A stretch of 64,000 nucleotides of DNA from Alphaproteobacteria bacterium. Lineage in GTDB: Bacteria; Pseudomonadota; Alphaproteobacteria; UBA828. Each line of letters opens with the position of its first letter. The first letter of the stretch is position 1. The notes beneath the pieces are model-generated. The model saw only the letters and a list, made by a program, of their open reading frames with translations. It was not told where the DNA came from and did not search any database. Below, piece after piece: positions 33,452 through 43,775 of the stretch. The position numbers were made by a program, and so were the translations under genes. The stretch covers positions 96,001 to 160,000 of the forward strand of contig CAXXVO010000018.1 in NCBI GenBank assembly GCA_963422645.2. Direction: 5' to 3'.

Positions 33452-33994
33452 GTGAGCGACGAACACCGCACCGACGACGATAACCGCGACGATAACGGCG
33501 ACGACAACACCCCCCAAAAGACCACCCGCCGCAGGCCGCGCACCCGCTGGATCCTCATGGGCATCGCCGGCGCCCTCGTCCTGGTGATCGCCGGCACGAC
33601 CTGGAGCACGGTGGGTTTCACCAAACGAGGCGACGGCAAGTTTGGCTGGTTCGTGGAGAAAAAGATCGAACGCATGCTCGACAAGGTCGAGGCCAGCGAC
33701 GATCAGCGCGACAAGGTGCACGCCATCGTGAAGGCTGCCGTCGCCGACCTGCAGGAAGTCCACGATCTCAAGATTGAAATTCGGCAAGACCTGATGGCGG
33801 CGTTCTCCAAGGAGACCGTCGACCGGAACGAGCTCGAACTGCTGCGTCAGCGCAAGATGGAGACGGTCGATCGCATGAGCCAGCGCGCGCTCACCGCGCT
33901 CGCCGACGCGGCCGAGGTGCTGACGCCTGCGCAGCGCCAGGAGCTCGTGACGAAATGGAAGTCACACGGGCGACACCACCACCGGCACGACTAA
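33452..33994 (+). CDS. Spy/CpxP-family periplasmic protein
   Basis: Single TM, ASDDQRDKV, VDRNELE.LR, EVLTPAQR (LTxxQ motif), His-rich C-terminus. Confidence 0.85.
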   Translation: MSDEHRTDDDNRDDNGDDNTPQKTTRRRPRTRWILMGIAGALVLVIAGTTWSTVGFTKRGDGKFGWFVEKKIERMLDKVEASDDQRDKVHAIVKAAVADLQEVHDLKIEIRQDLMAAFSKETVDRNELELLRQRKMETVDRMSQRALTALADAAEVLTPAQRQELVTKWKSHGRHHHRHD

Positions 33995-34128
33995 GCCTCC
34001 CGCGTGCCGGCACCCGGGCGGGCCGGGGCCCCTTGCGTGCTCCCTGCGTCAGAGGGTTCCGCCCGCCCTTCTCCGTATAGGCGGCAATGGGCGTATAAGT
34101 GAGAGCACGTCGTCGCCTGGAGAACCGC

Positions 34129-36411
34129 ATGGTTTCCTTTCTTTCCCCCCTCGCCGTCTGGCTCGCTCTCGGCACTGCGGCCGTCGCGTTGTCCGCCTGC
34201 GCGCTCTTCACACCGTTGCCGGAGCAGAAGGATGTCACCGAGCGTCTGGCGGCATTCCCCACGCGGGGCCTCCCGCTCGACGGGCCTGTGACGATCCACT
34301 GGAGCGAGCGGCACATCCCCTTCATCGAAGCGGGGAGCGACGGCGACGCGGCGTTCGCGCTCGGCCTGGTGCACGCTCACCTGCGGCTCGGCCAGATGGC
34401 GACGATGCGGATGATCGCGCGCGGGCGAGTGTCGGAGATGATCGGCCCCCTCGGCGTCGACATCGACCACGGCCTGCGCACCCTGGACTACGGCCGCGCC
34501 GCGCTGGAGATCGAGCGAACCATGGACGCTGACACCCGGCTCTGGGTCCAGCGCTTCGTGGACGGCATCAACCACTACCAGGACAGCGCCGCCGAGCTGC
34601 CGCACGACTTCGATGTTCTCGGCCTGGAGCCCGAGCCCTGGACGGTCGAGGACGTATTCGCCATGGGTCGTCTCGCCGGCACGGACGTCAACTGGCTGGT
34701 CTGGGCCGGCCTTCTCCCTCTGCACGCGCGGGACGGCTGGGACGATCTCTGGGCGCGCCTGATGGAAGGCGGCGCGGTCTCGGTCGCCGGTTCCGGCGGG
34801 GGCGGCCCGACTGCCCAGGCGCAGCAATGGCTCGGCGGGCTCTCCAAGTCCGGCAGCAACAGCCTCGCGGTGGCGGGCCATCGCACCGATACCGGTGGCG
34901 CGCTCATGGCCAACGACCCGCACCTGGGCATTCTCGTTCCCAACGTCTGGCTGATCGCCGGCGTGCGCTCGCCCTCCTATCACGCGGTGGGTCTGATGGC
35001 GCCGGGGCTGCCGATCTTCGCCATCGGCCGCAACCCGCAGATCGCCTGGGGGGGCACGAACATGCGCGCGGCCTCCAGCGATCTCTACGATGTGAGCGGT
35101 GTGCCGGCCTCGGAAATTGTCGAACGAAACGAGAGCATCGGCGTGCGCTGGTGGTTCGACAGCGATGTCACCGTCCGCGAGACGGAGTGGGGGCCGATCG
35201 TGAGCGACGTGCCGCTCCTCGCCGAGTACGACCTGCCGCCGCTCGCGCTGAAATGGACTGGCCACGGGGCGAGCGACGAAATCGGCGCCATGCTCGCGGT
35301 GAGCCGGGCACGCACCTTCGCCGAGTTCCGCGCGGCGTTCGACACCTTCTCCGTGCCGGGCCAGAACATGCTCTACGCGGACGCAAGCGGGAATATCGGG
35401 CAGGTCATGGCGGTCTGGCTTCCGAGCCGCAGCGGCACGCCCGCCGATATCGCCGTCGACACTGCCGCACACGACGCGTCATGGGGCTCATTACGAACCA
35501 CTGCAGATCTGCCCTACAGCTTCAACCCGGACTCGGGCTTTCTGGTCTCCGCCAACAACCGGCCGCCCGCGACCGACATCCCGGTGGGATTCTTCTTCTC
35601 GCGCGAAGATCGCGTGGACCGCATGGCCGCTCTCATCGAGGGCGAAACCGCGGTGGGCGTCGAGACCCTCAAGGCGCTGCAGCAGGACGTCTACATGGCG
35701 TCGTCGGTGACGCTGCGCGATCTCTTCATCGCCAGGCTCGACGCGCTAGGAATGACCGCCGCAGCCGATGCGGAGGGCACGAAGGCGATCGGCCGGCTGC
35801 GTGACTGGGATGGAGAATACCGCTCCGACTCGCGCGGTGCGGTGACCTTCGAGCAGTTCCGCCACGGCTTCACCACCAGCTTCTACGCCCTGCTCCACGG
35901 GGAGGACGACGGCGAGGCGTTCGCCTCGGTGGGCCAGCGCACGGCGCTGCTGGACAAGGACATCGCCGCCGCCAACGAAGAGACGCTGCGCGCCGCGCTC
36001 AAGGCCGGGCTCGACGCGGCCGTCGAAGGCCTGGAGTCGTTTGCAAACTGGGGCGAGATGCACCGACTCAGCCTCGCCCATCCTCTCTCCAACGTCCCGC
36101 TCATCGGCGGGCGCTACGAATTCGCCGAGGCCGGCGTCGGCGGCAGCTCGGACACGCTGATGAAGACCGCACACGAGCCTGCCGCCGAGCGTCACACCGT
36201 GAATTACGGGTCCAACGCGCGGCACATCTCCGACATGACGGACCCGGACGAGAACCATTTCGTCCTGCTCGGCGGGCAGGACGGCCGGTTCAACAGCACG
36301 ACCATCCTCGATCAGTGGGAGCTCTGGCGCCGCGGCGACTACGTTCGCGTGCCACTGACGCTCGACGGGGTCCGCAAGAGCTTTCCGCACGTGCTCTCGC
36401 TGGGGAACTGA
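34129..36411 (+). CDS. Penicillin acylase family Ntn-hydrolase, putative lipoprotein
   Basis: LSAC lipobox, IPFIEA, ALGLVHAHLRLGQM, GSNS processing site, ANDPHL, QNMLYAD..GNIG, SANN. Confidence 0.92.
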   Translation: MVSFLSPLAVWLALGTAAVALSACALFTPLPEQKDVTERLAAFPTRGLPLDGPVTIHWSERHIPFIEAGSDGDAAFALGLVHAHLRLGQMATMRMIARGRVSEMIGPLGVDIDHGLRTLDYGRAALEIERTMDADTRLWVQRFVDGINHYQDSAAELPHDFDVLGLEPEPWTVEDVFAMGRLAGTDVNWLVWAGLLPLHARDGWDDLWARLMEGGAVSVAGSGGGGPTAQAQQWLGGLSKSGSNSLAVAGHRTDTGGALMANDPHLGILVPNVWLIAGVRSPSYHAVGLMAPGLPIFAIGRNPQIAWGGTNMRAASSDLYDVSGVPASEIVERNESIGVRWWFDSDVTVRETEWGPIVSDVPLLAEYDLPPLALKWTGHGASDEIGAMLAVSRARTFAEFRAAFDTFSVPGQNMLYADASGNIGQVMAVWLPSRSGTPADIAVDTAAHDASWGSLRTTADLPYSFNPDSGFLVSANNRPPATDIPVGFFFSREDRVDRMAALIEGETAVGVETLKALQQDVYMASSVTLRDLFIARLDALGMTAAADAEGTKAIGRLRDWDGEYRSDSRGAVTFEQFRHGFTTSFYALLHGEDDGEAFASVGQRTALLDKDIAAANEETLRAALKAGLDAAVEGLESFANWGEMHRLSLAHPLSNVPLIGGRYEFAEAGVGGSSDTLMKTAHEPAAERHTVNYGSNARHISDMTDPDENHFVLLGGQDGRFNSTTILDQWELWRRGDYVRVPLTLDGVRKSFPHVLSLGN

Positions 36412-36443
36412 CTCGGGGTGGCGGAGACGCCCGCAACGGGACC

Positions 36444-37994
36444 ATGTACGACGCGACCTGGATGCTGCGGCTCTATGCCCGGCGACGCCTGCGACAGCTT
36501 GAGGCGATGGAGCCGCAGCAGGCGCAACGCCGCGTGCTCGCGTCCCTCATCCGCCGCGGCCGTCGCACCAGTTTCGGGCGGGATCACGGGTTTTCGACCG
36601 CCTGGTCCCTCGACGATTACCGCGCGCGCGTGCCGCTGCGCGACTACGATGCGTTCTGGGAGGCCTATTGGCAGGCGCCCTTCCCGCGCCTCACCGACTG
36701 CACGTGGCCCGGCCTCATTCCCTGGTTCGCGGTGTCGTCGGGAACGGCGACGGGCACCACGAAATACATTCCCGTGAGCCGGGAGATGCGCCGCTCGAAC
36801 GTGCGCGCGGGCGCCGAGCTCCTGACCCACCATCTCGCCAACCGACCGCAGAGCCGCCTCTTCGCGGGCCGCGTCTTCATGCTCGGCGGCTCGACCGGCC
36901 TGGTGCGCGAGGCGCCGGGGGTCTTCAGCGGCGACCTGAGCGGCATCGCCGCGGCATCGATGCCCGGCTGGGCGCGGCTGCGCTACTTCCCGCCGCGCGA
37001 TCTCGAAGACATCGCCGATTGGCAGGTCAAGATCGGCCGCTTCGCCGAACGCTCCCTGGAGACGGCGATTTCGGCGATTGCCGGCACGCCGAGCTGGTTG
37101 CTGATCTTCTTCGAGCGTCTGGCCGAAGTCGCGCGCGCCCGGCGGGGCGGCGCGGCGTGCCGGATCGCCGACATCTATCCTGAGCTCGAGCTGCTGTCAC
37201 CCGGCGGCGTGGCCTGGGCGCCCTATCGCGACCGTTTCGCCGCCCTGCTCGAAGGCAGCCGCGCGGAGACGCGCGAGGTCTATCCGGCGAGCGAAGGCTT
37301 CTTCGCCGTCGCGGACGGTGACGACGGTGCGGGCATGCGGCTCCTGCTCGATACCGGGATCTTCTACGAGTTCATCCCGGTCGATCAGCTCGATAGCGCG
37401 CACCCCGACTGCCGCTGGATCGGCGACGTCGAGCCGGAGGTCAACTACGCGCTGGCGGTGACCACCTGCGCCGGCCTCTGGCGCTACCTCGTGGGCGACA
37501 CGGTGACCCTGGTCGAGCGCGACCCGCCGCGCGTTCTCGTTAGCGGACGGACGAGCTACATGCTCTCTGCCTTCGGCGAGCACGTGATCGGCATCGAGGT
37601 CGAGCGCGCCGTGGCGGAGGCGGCACGCGCGATCGACGCGACCCTCAGCGATTTCGCCGCCGGCAGCGTGTTCCCGGACGAGACCGGCACGCGCGGCGGG
37701 CATCTCTACATCGTCGAACTGGGTGCGGAACGCGCTAGCGATGGCCTCGACGGCGCGCTGCAAGCGCGCTTCGCCGCCGAGCTCGACGCAACACTCTGCC
37801 ACCTCAACGACGATTATGCCGCCCACCGTGCAGGCGGTTACGGGATGGACGCGGCGCGCGTGCGCTTTCTTCCCGCCGGCGGATTCGCGGCGTGGATGAA
37901 GAGCCGCGGCAAGCTCGGCGGGCAGAACAAGGTACCCCGCATCATCAACGACCGGGCACTCTTCGCCGCATTGCGCCGCTTCGCCGACGGGTAG
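36444..37994 (+). CDS. GH3-family acyl-acid amido synthetase-like protein
   Basis: SSGTATGTTKYIP, YPASEGFF, GLWRYLVGD, GKLGGQNKVPR. Confidence 0.9.
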   Translation: MYDATWMLRLYARRRLRQLEAMEPQQAQRRVLASLIRRGRRTSFGRDHGFSTAWSLDDYRARVPLRDYDAFWEAYWQAPFPRLTDCTWPGLIPWFAVSSGTATGTTKYIPVSREMRRSNVRAGAELLTHHLANRPQSRLFAGRVFMLGGSTGLVREAPGVFSGDLSGIAAASMPGWARLRYFPPRDLEDIADWQVKIGRFAERSLETAISAIAGTPSWLLIFFERLAEVARARRGGAACRIADIYPELELLSPGGVAWAPYRDRFAALLEGSRAETREVYPASEGFFAVADGDDGAGMRLLLDTGIFYEFIPVDQLDSAHPDCRWIGDVEPEVNYALAVTTCAGLWRYLVGDTVTLVERDPPRVLVSGRTSYMLSAFGEHVIGIEVERAVAEAARAIDATLSDFAAGSVFPDETGTRGGHLYIVELGAERASDGLDGALQARFAAELDATLCHLNDDYAAHRAGGYGMDAARVRFLPAGGFAAWMKSRGKLGGQNKVPRIINDRALFAALRRFADG

Positions 37995-38017
37995 GGCGAG
38001 GCAGGGAAGGGATCGGC

Positions 38018-38575
38018 ATGGCAATGAAGGTCTACGACGCCATCACCGGACGAGGCGACCGCACGGACCGCCCTGCGCCGGTGGCGAGAGCCGGCTATTC
38101 GGGTACACAGATTGCTTTGCACTGGATCATTGCTGCGCTGATCGTTGCGCAGGTTCTGCTGCACGAAGGCATGGAGGTCGCGTACGGCTTCGAGCAGGGC
38201 GGTCCGGCGCCGACGGACTCCGAGCAGCTTCTGGCCACCGTGCATATCGCATGCGGAATCGCCGTGTTCGTGCTGGCCTTGTTGCGGGTCGTCCTGCGCG
38301 TCCGGCGCGGCGCGCCGCCGCCGCCGCAAGAAGAGCATCGAATTCTCAGGCTGGTCGCCAAAGCCACCCACTTCGCTTTCTACGCCGTCATCCTTCTGAT
38401 GCCGCTCACGGGTGTGCTGGCCTGGTTCGGTTCCGTCGAGGAGGCCGCATCCGTACATGCCATCGGCCTGCCGGTGATCCTGGGCCTGGTGTTTCTGCAC
38501 ATCGTGGGCGCCGTCTACCACCACTTCGTGCTGAAGACCGATGTCCTGCGTCGAATACTGCGCCCGGAACGGTAG
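38018..38575 (+). CDS. Cytochrome b561 family protein
   Basis: YSGTQIALHW, VHIACG, THFAFY, MPLTG, LHIVGAVYHH. Confidence 0.88.
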   Translation: MAMKVYDAITGRGDRTDRPAPVARAGYSGTQIALHWIIAALIVAQVLLHEGMEVAYGFEQGGPAPTDSEQLLATVHIACGIAVFVLALLRVVLRVRRGAPPPPQEEHRILRLVAKATHFAFYAVILLMPLTGVLAWFGSVEEAASVHAIGLPVILGLVFLHIVGAVYHHFVLKTDVLRRILRPER

Positions 38576-38620
38576 AAAGGCGCTTCTGTCCGCAGGGCGC
38601 CGGGACTAAGAGGGGCCGCC

Positions 38621-39322
38621 ATGACCCACCTGCTGATGATCGAGGATGACCGCGCGCTCGCCGAGATGGTCGCGACCTATCTCGGCCGCGCCGGCCTGAC
38701 CCTCGAGCATCGGGAGAGCGCCGAGGCAGGTCTCGCGGCCGCCCTTCAAGGCGGCTACGACGCGGTAGTCCTGGACCTCATGCTGCCCGACGGCGACGGC
38801 CTCGAGCTCTGCCGGGCGATCCGCGCCCGCTCCGACGTACCGATCCTGATGCTGACGGCACGCGGCGAGGAGGCCGACCGCATCGTGGGCCTGGAAATCG
38901 GCGCCGACGATTACCTGCCCAAGCCCTTCAACCCGCGCGAGCTGCTGGCCCGCCTGCGTGCCATCCTGCGCCGCCGCGCCCCCGGCAGCCGGGCCGCTGC
39001 TGGCGAGACGCTGAGCTTCGGCCGGCTCGTCATCGACCGCGCGGCGCGGCGGGTCTTGGTCGATGGCGAGGAGCGCTCGCTGACCGGCCACCAGTTCGAC
39101 CTGCTCTGCGCGCTGGCCGAGAGCGCGGGCCGCGTGCTCAGCCGCGAGCAGCTCATGGACCGGGTCCGCGGCGAGTCGCTCGAGGCCTTCGACCGCAGCA
39201 TCGACGTCCATGTCTCTCGCATCAGGGCGGCGATCGAGGACGATCCCAAGCATCCGCGCCGCATCGTCACCTTGCGGGGCGCGGGCTACCTCTTCGTCCG
39301 CAGCCAGGACGACGACTCGTGA
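38621..39322 (+). CDS. OmpR-family response regulator
   Basis: IEDD, LDLMLPDGDG, LTARG, GADDYLPKPF, RSIDVHVSRIR. Confidence 0.95.
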   Translation: MTHLLMIEDDRALAEMVATYLGRAGLTLEHRESAEAGLAAALQGGYDAVVLDLMLPDGDGLELCRAIRARSDVPILMLTARGEEADRIVGLEIGADDYLPKPFNPRELLARLRAILRRRAPGSRAAAGETLSFGRLVIDRAARRVLVDGEERSLTGHQFDLLCALAESAGRVLSREQLMDRVRGESLEAFDRSIDVHVSRIRAAIEDDPKHPRRIVTLRGAGYLFVRSQDDDS

Positions 39323-40584
39323 GGCGGCGCCTCTTCCTGCAGATCTATCTGACGATGCTCGTCATTGTCGTGCTCTTCGTCGTACTCGTTATCGCCGGCT
39401 GGTGGCTCAGCCGCGACGACAGTTCGGGCTCGGAATTCCGCCAGGGTATCGGCGCGATGGTGGCGGAGGCACTGCCGCCGCCGGGCGCACCGCCGGCCGA
39501 GATCGACGCCGTGCTGGCCCGGCTGGACCCGCATGTGGAAGGCCGCATCAGCGTGTTCGGGCCGGAAGGCGACTTGCTTGCGAGCCTGGGCCCGCCCCTG
39601 CCCTTGCCCGAAAAGAGCGCCGGCGGATGGCGCGGCGGACGCGGGCATGGCTTTGGTATGCCGCTGCCCGACGGGCGCTACGTGCTCTTCCGCGCCGATC
39701 GCGACCGGTCCGGCACGCGCACCATCGGCTTTCTTGCTGCCCTCGCCCTGCTCGCGCTCGTGGTCGCTGTCGGCGCCTGGCCTCTCTCCCGCCGCCTCGT
39801 GCGCCGGCTGGAGCGGCTGCAGGGCCGAGTCGAGGCGCTCGGTGCGGGCGACCTCGCCGCCCGAGTCGATGTCGAGGGCAAGGACGAGATCGCGGCACTG
39901 GCCCGCAGCTTCAACCGGGCGGCGGAGCGCATCCAGGCGCTGGTCGCGGCCCAGCGCGATACGCTCGCCGCGGCATCCCACGAGCTGCGCTCGCCGCTCG
40001 CCCGCATCCGCATGGCCGTCGAGCTCCTGGCGGAGAGCGGCAATCCGACGCTGCACCAACGGGTCGAGCGCGACATCGAGAACCTGGACGAGCTGATCGA
40101 GGAGATTCTGCTGGCGAGCCGCCTCAGCACCCTGGAGCGGCCCACGCATCTGGAGCGAATCGACCTGCAGGCGCTCTGCGCCGAGGAGGCCGCCCGCGCA
40201 GGTGCCCAGTTCACCGGCGGGCCTGCGACGGTGGCGGGCGAAGACCGGCTGCTCGCACGCCTGATCCGCAACCTGCTCGAGAACGCCGCGCACCACGCCC
40301 CCGGTAGCGCCATCCAGGTCGAGCTGGAGGTACAGAACGACCGGGCCCTGCTCCGCGTGCTCGACCGCGGGCCCGGTGTGCCGGAAGCGGAGCGCGAGCG
40401 AATCTTCGAGCCCTTCTATCGCCGCGAAGGCAGGCGAGAGGATCGGGACGACGACCGCGGAGTCGGGCTCGGGCTCAGCCTGGTGCGCCAGATCGCGCGC
40501 CGTCACGGCGGCGATGCGGTCTGCCTGCCGCGCGAGGGCGGCGGCGCCTGCTTCCAGGTCAGCGTGCCGCTTCGGGGGGACTAG
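39319..40584 (+). CDS. HAMP-domain sensor histidine kinase
   Basis: Two TMs, HAMP, SHELRSPL, NLLENA, DRGPG, GLGL; GTGA overlap with the regulator. Confidence 0.95.
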   Translation: MRRRLFLQIYLTMLVIVVLFVVLVIAGWWLSRDDSSGSEFRQGIGAMVAEALPPPGAPPAEIDAVLARLDPHVEGRISVFGPEGDLLASLGPPLPLPEKSAGGWRGGRGHGFGMPLPDGRYVLFRADRDRSGTRTIGFLAALALLALVVAVGAWPLSRRLVRRLERLQGRVEALGAGDLAARVDVEGKDEIAALARSFNRAAERIQALVAAQRDTLAAASHELRSPLARIRMAVELLAESGNPTLHQRVERDIENLDELIEEILLASRLSTLERPTHLERIDLQALCAEEAARAGAQFTGGPATVAGEDRLLARLIRNLLENAAHHAPGSAIQVELEVQNDRALLRVLDRGPGVPEAERERIFEPFYRREGRREDRDDDRGVGLGLSLVRQIARRHGGDAVCLPREGGGACFQVSVPLRGD

Positions 40585-40616
40585 GCGGCCGCGTCGCGCT
40601 CTGTGTCACTGTAGGG

Positions 40617-40759
40617 GGACGAAAGTCATTGCGAATCCGGAAGATGCCGGGAAGAAGGCGGAAGATGGCGGACGGTCAAGGGGTTGGCGGCGTTTCCGGG
40701 GTCTGGCGGGCCGGACGAAAGTCTTTGCGAATCCGGCCCGGAAAGGGCCGTGAATTGGC
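40617..40759 (+). repeat. Left-end sites L1, L2 and degenerate L3 (putative transposase binding)
   Basis: GGACGAAAGTCATTGCGAATCCGG (40617-40640); GGACGAAAGTCTTTGCGAATCCGG (40713-40736); a degenerate copy 23 bp further on. Confidence 0.8.
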
Positions 40760-40926
40760 TGGAAACGGTGATTTTCGGGGCGTTTCAGGGGTGCTGAAAG
40801 GCCTGTATGTTGTTAAGCGTGGAAAAGTGACCCCCTATTGGGGGTGATCGGCGTCCAAAATTGACCCCCTTGGATTTGTGTCCATGAACACACCTCGTCG
40901 TTTGGACGGACGGGGTGGTGGGGGAG

Positions 40927-41425
40927 ATGCTGGTTGTGGAAACGATCGCGAAGATCCGTCGGGATCATCTGGTGAAGGGCGTTCCGATCAAGAAGCTCGC
41001 CCGGGATTTGAGGGTTTCCAAGAACACGATACGCAAGGTGGTGCGGGGCGATGCGACCTCGCACAGCTACGAGCGCAAGATCCAGCCGATGCCGAAGCTT
41101 GGGCTGTGGGTGGAGGAGCTTGAGCGCCAGCTGAAGGCCAACGAGAAGAAGGCACGCAAGGATCGGCTGTCTCTTCTGCGGATTCATGAAGACCTTGTGT
41201 CGCTGGGCTACAAGGGCGGCTATGACGCGGTTCGCCGCTATGCCAGGGCCTGGCGGCGCCGGTGGCGGCTGTTGTCGCCGGCGCAGGCCTATGTGCCGCT
41301 GATCTTCGATCCCGGCGAGGCCTACCAGTTCGACTGGAGCCACGAGTACGCGCGTCTGTCGGGCGCGACGACCAGGGTGAAGGCGGCGCACATGCGGCTG
41401 TGCCACAGCCGGATGTATCTGGTCC
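40927..41425 (+). pseudogene. istA: IstA transposase, 5' fragment
   Basis: MLVVETIAKIRR HTH, GGYDAVRRY, FDPGEAYQFDW; frame broken at the IS4 junction. Confidence 0.9.
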
Positions 41426-42750
41426 CACTAGTGTCCCATTAAAACTACAATAGAATCAGTTGCTTATCTTCGCGGCTCTGGCCCACCGGGAGTGCCTTAT
41501 GCGTAAGTAGCGCATTGAGCGGGATTTTTTCGAACAGGGTGAGGCTCAGGGTCTGTAGAATTGTGTAGAGGCTGGCATCGAGTCTCAACCTCTTCTTGAT
41601 GATGGCAATCAGGACGTAGACGGAGACTGCGATCCAGATTTGGGTCTTTACGGCATTTTCGGAGGTGCCGAAGAAGGCCTTGATGCGGAGGTTTTGCTTG
41701 ATCCATTTGAAGAAGAGTTCGACCTGCCAGCGATAGCGGTAGAGCTCTGCGACGGTGAGGGGCGGAACAGCGAAGTTGTTGGTCAGGAAGTTGAAGGTCT
41801 TGTTGGTTTCAGTATCCTTGTAGCCGACCCTGCGGAGCGGCTTTGGGTAGCGGCTTTTGCTCGCCTTTCCGGTCAGGACGATGGTTTGATCGCAACGCAG
41901 TCCGGCGTCTTTGTCGACGGTACGGGAGTATTGGCGCCGGTATTTCGTGTTGGCCTTTGCGCGGATGACGAAGAAGCTTCCCGCCATATCCAGGGCGTTG
42001 AGGCGCTTGAAGTCGAGGTAGGCGCGATCCATGATGTAGAAGGCGCCGGGCTCCGGAATGATGATGTCCAGGACATTCACATCGCCGAGCTTGCCGTCGG
42101 AGATGTGAATGAAGGCCGGGATACTGCCCTGCAAGTCAAGGAGAGTGTGAAGCTTGACGGCCGACTTGGTTGAGCGGAACAGAGCCCAGGGGAAGACCGA
42201 CAGGCACAGATCGATGGTCGACGCGTCGAGAGCGTACACGGTATTGTCGAGTTGAAGACCGAGGTCCTCGCCGGCATAGAGTGGGCGTGCGATGTCGATC
42301 AGTTCCTGGGCGAACTCGGCATAGATGCGCCAGTCGCGTTGCGCGTTGGCGTTCGCTAAAGTGTTGCGCGAGACCGGTCCCCGAATTCCCATGTGATAAA
42401 GCTTGTTATTCTGGGCACGCAGACAAATCTCGATGTCGCGCAGGCTTTCTCGATAGGACAATTGTGCGAAGGCCATGCAGAAAAACTGGCTCAGGCATGA
42501 GAACGATTTGACGTACCGATTACCATCGTATTGTTCGACGCATTTGCGGAACGAATGCAGGGGCAGATGGTCCATCACCTGCGAGAAGACAAGTTGTCCC
42601 GTGGACATGACCGGGCTCCCTCTGGATCGGAGAACCCAGCCTCGGCACTCGCGCCGGCCACTTCAAGTCGGTAACAGCGCGAAATGGCGCTTAATCGCGC
42701 TTTGTCAATAACTTAACAAGGGTCTCTCCAATTTTCTTGGGACACTAGTG
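41426..42750 (-). mobile_element. IS4-family insertion sequence
   Basis: IRs CACTAGTGTCCCA / TGGGACACTAGTG; 9-bp TSD ATCTGGTCC (41417-41425, 42751-42759); visibly lower GC than its flanks. Confidence 0.93.
41445..42608 (-). CDS. IS4-family DDE transposase
   Basis: FAQLSYRESLRDIE, DASTIDL, MDRAY, YRYRWQVELFFKWIKQ (Y-R-E-K motif); intact 387 aa. Confidence 0.93.
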   Translation of the reverse strand: MSTGQLVFSQVMDHLPLHSFRKCVEQYDGNRYVKSFSCLSQFFCMAFAQLSYRESLRDIEICLRAQNNKLYHMGIRGPVSRNTLANANAQRDWRIYAEFAQELIDIARPLYAGEDLGLQLDNTVYALDASTIDLCLSVFPWALFRSTKSAVKLHTLLDLQGSIPAFIHISDGKLGDVNVLDIIIPEPGAFYIMDRAYLDFKRLNALDMAGSFFVIRAKANTKYRRQYSRTVDKDAGLRCDQTIVLTGKASKSRYPKPLRRVGYKDTETNKTFNFLTNNFAVPPLTVAELYRYRWQVELFFKWIKQNLRIKAFFGTSENAVKTQIWIAVSVYVLIAIIKKRLRLDASLYTILQTLSLTLFEKIPLNALLTHKALPVGQSREDKQLILL

Positions 42751-43775
42751 ATCTGGTCCAGATCTTTCCCCGCGAGAGCCAGGAGATGGTCTTCGAGGCG
42801 CACGAGCGTGCCTTCCGCTTCTTCGGCGGGGTCTGCCGGCGGGGCATCTACGACAACATGAAGACGGCGGTGAGCACGATCTTCGTGGGCAAGAAGCGGG
42901 ACTACAACCGCCGCTTCCAGGAGCTGTGCTCGCACCATCTGGTGGAGCCTGTGGCGTGCACGCCAGGGGCTGGCTGGGAGAAGGGGCAGGTCGAGAAGCA
43001 GGTGGGTGACCTTCGCGGCCGCCTGTTCGTGCCCATCCCGCGGGGCCGCTCCTACGCCGAGATCAACGAGTGGCTGATGGATCGGTGCATCGAGGACGCC
43101 AAGAAGCATCCGCATCCGACAATCCCGGGCAAGACGGTGTGGCAGGTGTTCGAGGAGGAGCAGCCCTTCCTGATGGCGTATCGCGGCCCCTTCGACGGCT
43201 TCCATGCCAGCGAGGTGTCGGTCTCGAAGACCTGTCTGGTGCGCTTCGACAACAACCAGTACAGCGTCGCGGCCCGCGCCGTCGGCCGGCCGGTGGACGT
43301 GCGGGCCTATGCCGATCGGATCGTCATCCGCCAGGACGGCGAGACCGTTGCCGAGCACCCCCGCAGCTTCGGGCGCGGCCGGTTCGTCTACGATCCGTGG
43401 CATTACGTGCCGATCCTGACGCGGAAGCCCGGCGCGCTACGCAATGGCGCGCCCTTCAAGGACTGGCAGTTGCCCAACGCGCTCGGCCGCCTGCGAACCC
43501 GGCTCGCGGGCCACGACGACGGCGACCGGCAGTTCGTCAAGGTGCTCGCGGCGGTGCTGGAGGACGGACTGGAGGCGGTTGAGGCGGCCTGTGCCGAGAC
43601 GCTCGACTGCGGTGCCTGCAGCGCCGACGTGGTGCTCAACATCCTCGCCCGGCAGCGCCAGCCGGCACCGCCGGCAATCATCCCGACGCCCGAGGGCCTG
43701 CAGCTTCGCCACAAGCCGGTAGCCGACTGTCAGCGCTACGACAGCCTGAGGGAGGCCGGTCATGGAGCGTCATGA
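42751..43775 (+). pseudogene. istA: IstA transposase, 3' fragment
   Basis: Removing IS4 and one TSD copy restores MYLVQIFPRESQEMVFEAH; YDNMKTAV, GWEKGQVE, KPGALRNGAPF. Confidence 0.9.
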
